A program made the translations under genes and the position numbers. Below, one piece after another: positions 1 through 9,007 of a stretch of DNA of 47,501 nucleotides. Each line of letters begins with the position of its first letter. The stretch's first letter is position 1. The DNA comes from a virus. Lineage: Duplodnaviria; Caudoviricetes. Under the pieces are notes generated by a model. The model saw nothing but the letters and a program-made list of their open reading frames with translations, made no database searches and was not told the DNA's origin. Location of the stretch: the IMG/VR virus record IMGVR_UViG_3300010052_000176, positions 1-47,501 of that record; one strand, given 5' to 3'.

Positions 1-780
1 TCACAAATCGTAGGCCGTCACCTTGGCGGCCCCGATGGGAATGCTGGTCTTTCCGAGAACCTGAAAGTTGTACCAGTCGAAGTCGATCGTGAAGGACGTG
101 GATTCGCCAGGGGCGAGGCCGGGGATTGTGTAGGTCTCCACCTCATCGTTCGGTGAGTCGACCTGCTTCAGCCTGACCGAAAAGTCAATGTTCCGAAGCG
201 GCTGCGCGCCGGTGTTCTTCACCACGCAGTCGACCCAATACGTCTGCGTCGTCCCGGCCACGATCTGGGGCGGCGTCCGCAGTTTGGTTTCCCACTTCAG
301 ACCAGGGGGCAATAGCTCCGCGTGCCATGCGGACACGCCCCCGGTTGCTCCAGAGACGATGATTCCATGCACGCACACCATGTTCCCTACGCGATACCCC
401 GAGCTTTCGGCCCCTTCGTTGCCGCCGATCTCCGCGAGGGAGATTGTCACGGGCTCATCCCATTGCTTCGTGACGGGGTTGATCTTCGTGAGAACCTGCC
501 AGCCCCCTTCCTCACCCTCAAGGATCTTCGTGATGGGGCCGGTGATGCGGACGCCCTGCCAGTCGAAGGCGCCGGTCTTGATCGCCTTCCCGCTGCGGAC
601 CTGACACTTCGCCATGAACTGGCGGAAGTCCATCTTGTTCCCGAGGAGATTCACCTTTCCGTAGGGGAGCGGCTGGCCCTCTTTGTCGACGTTCATGCTC
701 GACGACGGCCGGGGGTTCTTCGGCTTCGGGGCGGCCTCAGCGGCCACGACGCAGCACAGAACGATCAGAAAAGCCCGCAT
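1..780 (-). CDS. Secreted protein with C-terminal Ig-like (CARDB-like) domain; moron or flanking host gene
   Basis: Signal peptide MRAFLIVLCCVVAAEAA; C-terminal VKNTG...PGLAPGESTSFTIDF pattern. Confidence 0.6.
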   Translation of the reverse strand: MRAFLIVLCCVVAAEAAPKPKNPRPSSSMNVDKEGQPLPYGKVNLLGNKMDFRQFMAKCQVRSGKAIKTGAFDWQGVRITGPITKILEGEEGGWQVLTKINPVTKQWDEPVTISLAEIGGNEGAESSGYRVGNMVCVHGIIVSGATGGVSAWHAELLPPGLKWETKLRTPPQIVAGTTQTYWVDCVVKNTGAQPLRNIDFSVRLKQVDSPNDEVETYTIPGLAPGESTSFTIDFDWYNFQVLGKTSIPIGAAKVTAYDL

Positions 781-781
781 G

Positions 782-1051
782 TCAGCCCTTTCGATTCTTG
801 GGGGAGTTCTCGACTACGCCATCGGCCGCGTCGATCTGGTCGCAAATCGCCTGGATTCCTGCCCTCGCGGCAATCATCGCGCGTTCTGCGCGGTCGAACC
901 CTCCGAGGAGTCCATCAAGGGACTTGCCCTTTCGGGACGCCGCTTTCTCCAGCAACTCGCGAGTGCGGGGAATCATCGCCTCCACCGCGGCCAAGTGCTT
1001 TCGCAGGGATGCAACGTCATACGTGTTCGGGATTTTCTTCGTGCCGGCCAT
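782..1051 (-). CDS. Small helical hypothetical protein, divergent from the main operon (start uncertain)
   Basis: ORF abuts the start of the 1-780 gene; no clear HTH. Confidence 0.55.
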   Translation of the reverse strand: MAGTKKIPNTYDVASLRKHLAAVEAMIPRTRELLEKAASRKGKSLDGLLGGFDRAERAMIAARAGIQAICDQIDAADGVVENSPKNRKG

Positions 1052-1055
1052 GCCA

Positions 1056-1171
1056 GCCATTAATGCTGTCATCGGTGGTTTTTGCAAATTCTCGGCATTT
1101 TTGAGGAATGAGTATTGACGGTCATTAATGACGTGCGTCTAATGCACTCGTCATTAATGAACATTGATGAC
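1056..1171. promoter_or_regulatory. Four operator-like palindromes with CATT(A/G)ATG core
   Basis: GCCATTAATGCT 1056, perfect GTCATTAATGAC 1121, GTCATTAATGAA 1150, AACATTGATGAC 1160 in an AT-rich divergent region. Confidence 0.75.
1115..1143 (+). promoter_or_regulatory. Sigma70-type rightward early promoter
   Basis: TTGACG (1115-1120), 17-nt spacer containing an operator, TCTAAT (1138-1143). Confidence 0.65.
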
Positions 1172-1225
1172 AAACGAAGTGCGTTGCGGCACTGAACACG
1201 AGATTCACCGGAGGTATCCGGATCG

Positions 1226-1271
1226 AAACCCCGTGAGTCGCCCGCAACCGACTCACGGGGTTTTTCTTTTT
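1226..1271 (+). terminator. Strong intrinsic terminator in the early leader
   Basis: 15-bp perfect stem AAACCCCGTGAGTCG/CGACTCACGGGGTTT running into a T tract. Confidence 0.8.
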
Positions 1272-1284
1272 CCAGGGGGCTGCG

Positions 1285-1749
1285 ATGTCGACGGCACTGA
1301 AGGCAGTGGTCAACACGAAGACCGGCGTTCTCGAATGCACGGCCTTCCTGATCGCGGAAGGTTCGCGGCCCATCGTCGCGATTGTGGAGACGCCCAACTC
1401 GCGACTCCCGGTCGAGGACGCGGAAACGATGGTCAACCTTGGCCGACTGCTGCGGAAGGATCGCCGGTCTGCGGACTGGATGTCGGTGGACTCGGGGTGT
1501 GATGTCGAAGTGCATTACTCGGCCATCACGACGGAGGACGAATGCGACACCGACCGTGGCGTGCAGATCGTCAGGGAGACGGAAGTCGTCATTGATCGTG
1601 TGCGGTTCATGGTCGTCACTCCTCGCTTCTGGAATACCGCACAGCAGACATACGACCCCCGGGTGATCGTGGGGGAATTCGACGCGAGCCCGGATGTGGT
1701 CGCGGACCTGACGGATTGGCTGACGGACGAAATCGGCCGCCGGTTGTAA
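1285..1749 (+). CDS. Hypothetical phage protein
   Basis: 154 aa ORF with AGGGGG RBS. Confidence 0.65.
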   Translation: MSTALKAVVNTKTGVLECTAFLIAEGSRPIVAIVETPNSRLPVEDAETMVNLGRLLRKDRRSADWMSVDSGCDVEVHYSAITTEDECDTDRGVQIVRETEVVIDRVRFMVVTPRFWNTAQQTYDPRVIVGEFDASPDVVADLTDWLTDEIGRRL

Positions 1750-1887
1750 GGGGGTGGGCCACGGAGGGAGAAGCCGTGGAGCAAGAGGGATCAAGCCGCC
1801 GGGATGAATTGAGCCTCAACCGGCAACCACGGCCCCACCTTATTGGACGCGGGACGGATGTCAACGGATCAAACGAAAGGGTCAACG

Positions 1888-2118
1888 ATGCCATTTCCAC
1901 GACGCGACTACTACGCGGAGTCCCTCGCCAGTGCCGTCGAAGAGCGGTACGGCGGACCCGGAGACAATGAACTGGCGGAATGCGCGCAGTGCGGCGAACG
2001 CTGCCTGATCGATGACATGGTCTGCCAAAACCCGGACATCGATACGGACACGCTCTTCTGCAGCAATCGGTGTTGCGAAGAGCACTTTCTCGACTCGATG
2101 GACTTCGACGAACTCTGA
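1888..2118 (+). CDS. Small Zn-binding hypothetical protein
   Basis: CAQC...CSNRC motif; GAAAGGG RBS. Confidence 0.6.
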   Translation: MPFPRRDYYAESLASAVEERYGGPGDNELAECAQCGERCLIDDMVCQNPDIDTDTLFCSNRCCEEHFLDSMDFDEL

Positions 2119-2128
2119 AGGTTTCTCC

Positions 2129-2187
2129 CTGTCTCCCCGGCCTCGTGGCCGGCCCTCTGCGAGATCGCCGGGGAGGCAGTTTCTTTT
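2129..2187 (+). terminator. Terminator-like hairpin
   Basis: CTGTCTCCCCGGC/GCCGGGGAGGCAG stem followed by TTTCTTTT. Confidence 0.55.
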
Positions 2188-2217
2188 CACCACGGGCCAC
2201 ACACCAAAGGGTCAGCC

Positions 2218-3573
2218 ATGTCCACGATTATCCGCTTCGAAGCTGAAAACATCATGCGTCTCAAGGCTGTGCGGTTCGCTCCGCACACCAGCAAGAATGT
2301 CCTGGGTGGACGCAACCGGGCGGGCAAGACTTCCACGCTGAGCGCCATTGCGATGGTGCTCGGTGGCGCCGACATGATTCCCGAAAAGCCGCTCAAGGTG
2401 GGCGAGACCGAGGGGGAGATTGAATGTGACATCCAGACGGACAAGGGCGTCATCACTGCCAAGCGGAAGTTCTGGGGACCGGGAGACGGCTCGTACACCA
2501 AGACGACCATCGAACTCACTGAGAAGCGGGACGGCCGCAAGGCGAAGCTGACGAGTCCGCAGGCGTTGCTGGACGGGATGCTGGGATCACTCACGTTTGA
2601 CCCGTGGGAGATCGAGCGTCAGCGGCCGGCAGAGCAGATTGCGAGGCTCAAAGAGTTGGGGGGTGTCAACACGGACGCGATCGATTCGGACATTGATCGC
2701 GTGTTCAACGAACGCAAGGAGGCGAATCGAGATGCCAAAGAGGCGCAGACGCTTTGGGACACGGCGGAGGCGTACCCAGATGCACCCGCCGAACTGGTGT
2801 CAGTGGGTGCATTGGTCGAAAGCCTGAACGCGGCGAACGACCACAACCGCAAGGGGGAGGAACTGGCCGCTGGCGCTCGCGAGGCCGCACGTCGGACCCG
2901 CGAGACCGGCGAGACGATGACCGCGAAGGCGGCCCTGGTCGCGAAGCTGGAGCGGCAGTTGGCCGACGCCCGCGAGGAACACGCCGAAGCAACCCAACGG
3001 GCCGAAGCCGCCGTCAACGCGGAGGCCGCCGCCAACGAACTCCGTGACGCATTCGTGGGAATCGACACGGCCCCCATCCGTCAACAGATGGGACAGGTCG
3101 AAGAGATCAACGCCAAGGTTCGGGCGAACATCGACGCTGCCAAGAAGCGAGCGGCGTCCGAGGCGGCCAACGCCAAGGCCAAGGAGCTGACGGACCAACT
3201 GGAAGTTCTGAGGGGCCAGCGGTCGGAACTGATGGCGAAAGCCAACTGGCCGGTCGACGGTCTGGGATTCGATGAGGCGAAAGGGATCACGCTCAACGGC
3301 CTTCCCCTGGATCAGGCGGCCGAGTCGGAGCGGAAGCGGCTGTGGGCCGGGCTGGCGTTCGCGTCCGCCAAGGGGCTGCCTGTGGCCCTCGTGAAAGACG
3401 CTTCGCTGATGGACGACGACGCATGGGACATCCTCATGGAGACCTGTGAGAAGTATGGCGGACAGGTCTTCGCGGAAGTGGTCGTCAAACGCGGTGGCGA
3501 CGAGTCCGAATGCACGCTGATTATCGAGGACGGCGAGTCTCGGGAACCGCACACGGAAGCAGAAGCGGCTTGA
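2218..3573 (+). CDS. SMC/Rad50-like AAA ATPase with central coiled coil
   Basis: N-terminal ENIMRLK, Walker A GRNRAGKT, Ala/Glu-rich coiled coil, C-terminal Walker B-like ALVKDASLMD. Confidence 0.85.
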   Translation: MSTIIRFEAENIMRLKAVRFAPHTSKNVLGGRNRAGKTSTLSAIAMVLGGADMIPEKPLKVGETEGEIECDIQTDKGVITAKRKFWGPGDGSYTKTTIELTEKRDGRKAKLTSPQALLDGMLGSLTFDPWEIERQRPAEQIARLKELGGVNTDAIDSDIDRVFNERKEANRDAKEAQTLWDTAEAYPDAPAELVSVGALVESLNAANDHNRKGEELAAGAREAARRTRETGETMTAKAALVAKLERQLADAREEHAEATQRAEAAVNAEAAANELRDAFVGIDTAPIRQQMGQVEEINAKVRANIDAAKKRAASEAANAKAKELTDQLEVLRGQRSELMAKANWPVDGLGFDEAKGITLNGLPLDQAAESERKRLWAGLAFASAKGLPVALVKDASLMDDDAWDILMETCEKYGGQVFAEVVVKRGGDESECTLIIEDGESREPHTEAEAA

Positions 3574-3583
3574 TGGATGTTCG

Positions 3584-3800
3584 GTCCCGTGCACAGGGAC
3601 GACGCGCGGCCTTGCGGTGGCCGTAGAACAGAACACCGCAGTCGAGATGCGTTGCAACTGAGTGTGGAACAGACGGCCGGATCATCGAAGCGAACGGTTG
3701 TCGTGGGTTCGACTCCCACAAGTTCGGTGCAACGACATGGAATCACAGAGTTGACCGGGTTCGATTCCCGGCGTCTCGACATCGCGGCCTGAATGCCGCG
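3584..3800 (+). ncRNA. Putative structured RNA with two nested tRNA-like T-arm modules
   Basis: T-arms GTGGG-TTCGACT-CCCAC (3703-3719) and CCGGG-TTCGATT-CCCGG (3755-3771); closing helices 3641-3649/3772-3780 and 3651-3662/3723-3733; flanking hairpins. Confidence 0.6.
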
Positions 3801-3826
3801 TTCACCAACCAGGGGAAGGACTCCAG

Positions 3827-4444
3827 ATGAAGATTCAACAGGCCAGTCGCGAGACATTCCGGGCCGCACAGGCGGGAGACCTGAAGGCCCGGAACGAGAT
3901 CATCGAGCGGAACATGGGGCTGATCGGACACGTCGCCGCCCGGCTGGTGCGGCGGGATAAGCGGAACTGGCGTCACGCCCTCCGCGATCGGATTCAGGAT
4001 GGCGTTCTCGTCATGCCGCGGATCATCGCGACGTTCGACCCAGACCGTGGCCTGCAATTCTCGACATACGCCGGAACCTGCCTCTCTCGATTCCTCTGGC
4101 GTCAGCAGTGGCAAGACCGGCTGATCGAACTTCCGGAGGGACGCGACACCCAGGCGAACCATGCGGCGGTGTGCAAGGCCGCTTCCGAAATCGAGATGTG
4201 CGGCGACGGGCATCACCTTCCGGTTGAAGACCCGCATTCACACACGGAGGAAGTGGAGTTCCGGGAACTGCAAGGCATCTTGAAAGACCGGCTCTCCCTC
4301 CTGTCCTTCCGCCAGCGTAAATACATAGGGAAGCGGCTGGCGGGGGAAACACTCAGCGAGATCGGGGCCGCCGATGGCGTGTCTCGCACCAGGGCACAAC
4401 AGATTGTCGATAGTGCCGTCCACGTCATGAAGCTCTCGGCATGA
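3827..4444 (+). CDS. Sigma-70 family RNA polymerase sigma factor (regions 2 and 4)
   Basis: GDLKARNEIIERNMGLI, FDPDRGLQFSTYA, region 4 HTH ETLSEIGAADGVSRTRAQQI. Confidence 0.9.
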   Translation: MKIQQASRETFRAAQAGDLKARNEIIERNMGLIGHVAARLVRRDKRNWRHALRDRIQDGVLVMPRIIATFDPDRGLQFSTYAGTCLSRFLWRQQWQDRLIELPEGRDTQANHAAVCKAASEIEMCGDGHHLPVEDPHSHTEEVEFRELQGILKDRLSLLSFRQRKYIGKRLAGETLSEIGAADGVSRTRAQQIVDSAVHVMKLSA

Positions 4445-4764
4445 TCCATTTCGACCGACTGACCGCCGCCGTATTGCGGCTGACGAATGACCCACTCGCC
4501 CGAATCGAGGCGATTGGCTGGAAGTTCGGACTGCTTTGGGCTGTGGCCGCCCAAGAACCCAGGGAGCTGCGTGTGTGCCACCCGGATCTGCGGACGGTGT
4601 TCCGCACGCTCCGGACGCAGCTCGACGCCAAGGATGGAAACCCATGTTCGAGTACGTGTGCTACGCGATCTCGGCGACGGCTCTCGCCTATTGCCTCACG
4701 ACGCGCGGTGCTCTCGAAAGGTAAGGACGCCCATGTCAACCAAACTTTGGACCCGGCTCGATAA
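4441..4764 (+). CDS. Hypothetical protein (boundaries uncertain)
   Basis: ATGA overlap with the sigma stop; 3' end overlaps the next gene. Confidence 0.35.
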   Translation: MIHFDRLTAAVLRLTNDPLARIEAIGWKFGLLWAVAAQEPRELRVCHPDLRTVFRTLRTQLDAKDGNPCSSTCATRSRRRLSPIASRRAVLSKGKDAHVNQTLDPAR

Positions 4765-5515
4765 TGAGGCCGTGGAACTGTGGACCAAGCCGCGCGCCGA
4801 AGTCCGGGACAGGCTCATCGTGCATTACATGCCCCTCGCCCAAATGCTCGCCACGAAACGCGCCGCCAAGAACCGCCGCGTTGACCCGGACGACGTGCAA
4901 AGCGAGGCGTATCTGGCCCTGGTGAAGTCTGTGGACGACTACGACCCGAAGAACGAACGGGGAGCGTCCTTCACGACCTTCGCGGGCTGGAGGATTCGCG
5001 GCGCCGCCTGCGAGCCCGAGCGGCAGAACGATCACGTCAACCACAAGGTGCGCGCCCGCGACAAGGAACTGCGGCGGCAGATCGACAACGGCGAAGTCGA
5101 CGTCAACACCGAGGAAGGATGGGCGACCTCGCTCGACCTGCTTCCGAAGGTGGGACACTTCGCAGACGAGCACACCGGGAAGAAGCGAGCGGAGAACAGC
5201 GTCCCTGATGACGACGAGGCCCAGGGGGACGACGGGCCGGACCTCGCAGCCGAGATGGCCCGCTGGCCGGCGGACATCCGCGAGGCGGTGGAGTTACTCT
5301 TGGACTGCGGATGGAGCGTGGACCTGTTCGTTGAGCGGGTGTACGCGGCGGACAGCAAGGTTTCGGATGAGTTGCTGTGGAAGTGCGGCCCGCCGGAGAA
5401 GGCGGCGAAGTATCTCCGCGGCGTCCTGAAGTTCATCGGGGCGGACTCCACGCTGTGCACGTTGGGCGTGCAGGCGGTGGAAGCCCCACCGCAAAGCTAT
5501 GAGGTGGCCCTGTGA
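4733..5515 (+). CDS. FliA/WhiG (sigma28)-like sigma factor with degenerate region 4
   Basis: RDRLIVHYMPLA...DDVQSEAYLALVKSVDDYDP..RGASFTTFAGWRIRGA resembles FliA region 2; AAGGA RBS before ATG 4733. Confidence 0.8.
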   Translation: MSTKLWTRLDNEAVELWTKPRAEVRDRLIVHYMPLAQMLATKRAAKNRRVDPDDVQSEAYLALVKSVDDYDPKNERGASFTTFAGWRIRGAACEPERQNDHVNHKVRARDKELRRQIDNGEVDVNTEEGWATSLDLLPKVGHFADEHTGKKRAENSVPDDDEAQGDDGPDLAAEMARWPADIREAVELLLDCGWSVDLFVERVYAADSKVSDELLWKCGPPEKAAKYLRGVLKFIGADSTLCTLGVQAVEAPPQSYEVAL

Positions 5516-5796
5516 CCCGCGAGGCCATCCACGACCTGAGCGAAACAGCATCCCCACTGGACGCAGTGGCATTGGGCGACGGCCCCTGGATGCGTCCCGG
5601 CCCGCCGACGCGGCCGGGGCAGCAGGCGTCGACCTACGGTTAGCGCCGCGTCGACTGTGCACAAAAAGCATTGAAGCCAGACACGCCGCCGACGATCGGC
5701 CTCTGACTGGATTGGAGCCGCACGATTGAGACTGCCCTTGGACCATCGCCCGGAGGCCGTGCCATGAAGAACTAATCCGAAGCTCACTCGACACAC

Positions 5797-5828
5797 GCCC
5801 GGCCGGATCGGCTGGCCGGGCTCTTTCT
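5797..5828 (+). terminator. Terminator-like hairpin
   Basis: GCCCGGCCGG/CTGGCCGGGC stem followed by TCTTTCT. Confidence 0.45.
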
Positions 5829-5842
5829 GACACGGGGCCATC

Positions 5843-6811
5843 ATGCTTGACGCCTTCCCACCACAACCGAACGGTCGCATCGTCGACTGGGGCCGCGATC
5901 AATACGACGCGGACACCGCACGGGAACGGTCCACTCGATTGAAGTCGATGTTGGACCCGCGCGGACCACGGGCGTACTACCTCGCCCTCAATCCACCCGA
6001 GAGGGAGCCGGAGAAGCACGACGAATACCAGCCCAAGGTGACTCACTTCACGATGGGTATCTTGTTTCATGAGTGGATTCTGGACGGCGAAATCAATTGG
6101 GTGGCCTCGCCCCATTCGCGGGGCACGACCGGCTGGAAACTCGCCTGCAAGCGACACCGGCCGAAGACGATCGTTTCCGAGGGGCAGGACAAGGAACTCC
6201 GCGAGTGGCGCGAAGCCCTCATGGGGAACAAGCTGGCCCGTGGGATCATCGAATCGGGCGGGTTCCGGGAGCAGGTCATTCTCTGGGACGAGACGGTGGA
6301 GTTTAAGACCGACAGCGGAGCGTTCGCCGAAGTCGAAATCCCCTGCAAGGCGGCACTCGACTCCCTGGACTTCAACGGCAACATCTTCTGTATCAAGACG
6401 ACCCGGGCCACCAACCGCGAGGAATGGGAGCGGGAAGTCCGCAAGCACCATTACGACTTCTCGGCCGCGTTCTACGACCGAGGGCGCCGGTCCATTCCGC
6501 ACCTCGCGGGGACCGGGGCGACGTTCACGCATCTGGTGGTGATGAAGGCTTCCATGAACACACCGGCCGCCTGCTACGCCTTCGAGTTGGGGGAGCAGTG
6601 GATTGAGATCGGGGACAACAAGGTCCGTGTTCACGGCCTGCAACGGTTGGCGAGATGCAGAGACAACGCGGAACTGCTGAGAGAGCAGTACGGGGACGCG
6701 GCGGACATCAGCGAAGCCTATCCCGATGACATCGCTTCGACCCAGGCAGACCCCGTAATGCCACGGGATTACGACCTTGAAAACTACGAACTCGAATTGA
6801 GCCAGCGATGA
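5843..6811 (+). CDS. RecE/exonuclease VIII-like PD-(D/E)XK protein (DUF3799-like) with atypical catalytic motif
   Basis: MGILFHEWIL, EQVILW, CKAALD, IKTT, SAAFY motifs; directly upstream of RecT. Confidence 0.75.
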   Translation: MLDAFPPQPNGRIVDWGRDQYDADTARERSTRLKSMLDPRGPRAYYLALNPPEREPEKHDEYQPKVTHFTMGILFHEWILDGEINWVASPHSRGTTGWKLACKRHRPKTIVSEGQDKELREWREALMGNKLARGIIESGGFREQVILWDETVEFKTDSGAFAEVEIPCKAALDSLDFNGNIFCIKTTRATNREEWEREVRKHHYDFSAAFYDRGRRSIPHLAGTGATFTHLVVMKASMNTPAACYAFELGEQWIEIGDNKVRVHGLQRLARCRDNAELLREQYGDAADISEAYPDDIASTQADPVMPRDYDLENYELELSQR

Positions 6812-7815
6812 CCGACCCTACCCGACTTCCCAAAGCAAGGAACGATCTCGCATCCCACCTCATTGCCGAGATGGGGCGCATCGAGCCGTTCGTCTCCGCC
6901 ACGATCCGGCCGCAGGAGTTCTGGGCCTGTGCGATCGCCGAAGTGAACGGGCTGCGGAACCCCGGACGGATCAATAAGGACTCCGTGTTGGTGCAGGTCG
7001 CGAACTGCGCGCAGACGGGGCTCCGGCTCGGGAAGACCTTCGGACACGCCTACCTTGTTCCGTTCAATGACAACGAATCGGGCACGAAGAACCTGCAACT
7101 GATCTTTGGATACAAGGGGCTCTTGGAACTCGCCTACCGCAACAACTTCCTTGCGGGCGTCGAAGTCGAGCTGGTTCTGACGGGCGAGGAGTGCCGCGTC
7201 TGGAATGACGAGACGGGCAAGAAGCTCCGCCACGACCGCGATGAGCTTCGCCGGCCGATTCCGACGCCGGACAACATCATCGGCGCTTACTGCACCTATA
7301 CCACCCGGGCAGGATTCAACGGCGTCCATGTGATGCCGGAGTGGGAGGTGCAGCGGGCCATCGCGAAGAACTCCCGCAAGAAGGATTCCCTCTGGAAGAA
7401 CGAAGACACGCTGCCCGACATGGTGCGCAAATCGCCGCTCCGCCGGGCATCGAAACTGTGGCAGCTCACTTCGGAGATGGCCGCGGCCGTCGCCCTGGAT
7501 GAGCAGTGGGACCGCGATGAAGACCAGCGATTGGACGGCGTCGACCTCTCCGGCGGGATGCTCCCCCGTCCCGAGAACCCGGCCAAGTCCATGCTGGCCG
7601 CCACGCTGGACGGCAAGTGCCTCTGCACCACCGATGAGGAACGGACGCAGGTCTGCCGCTACGCCCTGAATGGCTGTTCGGACTGGGACGCCATCGACAA
7701 CGAGGCGGCGACTCAGATCCTCACCAACCTGAACACGTTCACGACCCGGGCGGAATACCGGATGAAGTGGAGCCAGATCAGAGAGCGGGCAACGGAAGCC
7801 GCCCTCGCACAGTAG
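6808..7815 (+). CDS. recT: RecT-family ssDNA annealing recombinase
   Basis: AQTGLRL..GHAYLVPF..LQLIFGYKGLLELAYR; W...DMVRKSPLRRASK. Confidence 0.9.
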   Translation: MTDPTRLPKARNDLASHLIAEMGRIEPFVSATIRPQEFWACAIAEVNGLRNPGRINKDSVLVQVANCAQTGLRLGKTFGHAYLVPFNDNESGTKNLQLIFGYKGLLELAYRNNFLAGVEVELVLTGEECRVWNDETGKKLRHDRDELRRPIPTPDNIIGAYCTYTTRAGFNGVHVMPEWEVQRAIAKNSRKKDSLWKNEDTLPDMVRKSPLRRASKLWQLTSEMAAAVALDEQWDRDEDQRLDGVDLSGGMLPRPENPAKSMLAATLDGKCLCTTDEERTQVCRYALNGCSDWDAIDNEAATQILTNLNTFTTRAEYRMKWSQIRERATEAALAQ

Positions 7816-7826
7816 GGGAACCACCA

Positions 7827-8021
7827 ATGAGCACTGCCGCTGTAGACATCGCTGGTCCCGTGCATCCGAGAAGTGGGAAGTGCGTTTGCCGGGTCTGGCC
7901 GTTCTCGCAAGAGATATTCACGGGACACGGACCCGAGATCAAATCGTTCACGAAGCCGTGGTGGAAGTGGTGCTGCATCCTCTGGATTCGCAGATCACAC
8001 CACCCCGACTGCCTGATGTAG
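7827..8021 (+). CDS. Small Cys/Trp-rich hypothetical protein
   Basis: AGGGG RBS; 64 aa. Confidence 0.4.
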   Translation: MSTAAVDIAGPVHPRSGKCVCRVWPFSQEIFTGHGPEIKSFTKPWWKWCCILWIRRSHHPDCLM

Positions 8022-8060
8022 ACACCACACCCGGCTATGACGCCCAAAGGAAACGCACGG

Positions 8061-8957
8061 ATGCCAGAGATCGTTTACATCAAAGCCGAAGTGCTGCGGA
8101 AGAACATCCGCAATATCGAACTGTACGGCGAGGACGTTGACCAGGAGTTTGTCGCGAGGGTTCGCAAGCACGGCATTATTCGGCCGCTGCTGCTGGCCCG
8201 CGATGGCATCACCGTCATTGGCGGACACCGAAGGCTTCAGGCCGCGAAGATCATTGGGCTGAAGGAAGTGCCGTGCATCACCACGGAAGTCCCGGCCGAC
8301 ACGCAGCATCCCGACTTCATGGAAGCGGCACTGCTGGATAACGACAACCGCGAAAAGACCGTGGAGATGAAGGCCCGCGAGGTTGAGTGGTGGAATGAGA
8401 TTGAGACAAAGAGGGCCGCCGAACGGGTTGCTGAAACCCAGGCACAGCCCGGAGAGAAGATTGGTACTCGCAAGGCCTGCCCAAATTTAACCAAGCCTTC
8501 CGGCCGGGCGATGGACAAGGCCGCTGAGCGGGTTGGGATGAAGCGGTCTACTGCTGAGAAGGCCATCAAGGTTGTTCACAAAATCGACGAACTGGCCGCC
8601 GCGGGCGAGGAAGAGAAGGCGACCGAACTCCGCGAGACGCTGAACAACAAATCAGTCTCCGCCGCGCTAAAGAAGGCCGAGGGGTCATGGGACTCCGGCG
8701 ACAGCGAGCCAGAGACGACACCGCGGTCATCGGTGGCCGCCTACTTCGACGGCAAGGGCAAGAAGTCGCCAGCGGTCAAGAAGACGCACTTCGACGACTC
8801 CATGTTTGAGAAGCTGATCGGGCCGGTGTGCCGGTTCGTGCAGTCGCGGGCTGAGGTTCTGAACTGCGTCAACGGCGGCCATCACCGAAAGATGAAGGCC
8901 CTGATGAATGACTATCTCGCCGCGTTCGAGGAATGGCAGAAAGCCCGCCCGGCCTGA
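8061..8957 (+). CDS. ParB/Spo0J-like protein (CTPase-type N-terminal domain plus HTH)
   Basis: GIIRPLL...VIGGHRRLQAA box; HTH-like AMDKAAERVGMKRSTAEKAI. Confidence 0.85.
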   Translation: MPEIVYIKAEVLRKNIRNIELYGEDVDQEFVARVRKHGIIRPLLLARDGITVIGGHRRLQAAKIIGLKEVPCITTEVPADTQHPDFMEAALLDNDNREKTVEMKAREVEWWNEIETKRAAERVAETQAQPGEKIGTRKACPNLTKPSGRAMDKAAERVGMKRSTAEKAIKVVHKIDELAAAGEEEKATELRETLNNKSVSAALKKAEGSWDSGDSEPETTPRSSVAAYFDGKGKKSPAVKKTHFDDSMFEKLIGPVCRFVQSRAEVLNCVNGGHHRKMKALMNDYLAAFEEWQKARPA

Positions 8958-9007
8958 CGCCGGAGTTGCTTTGAGAGTCCAGGGATTTCGGACAGAGGGG
9001 AACAGGG

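Noticed and set aside
3641-3780. tmRNA or a standard tRNA
   Set aside because: Too short for tmRNA, with no tag ORF or GGGG..CCA ends; no anticodon arm for a cloverleaf
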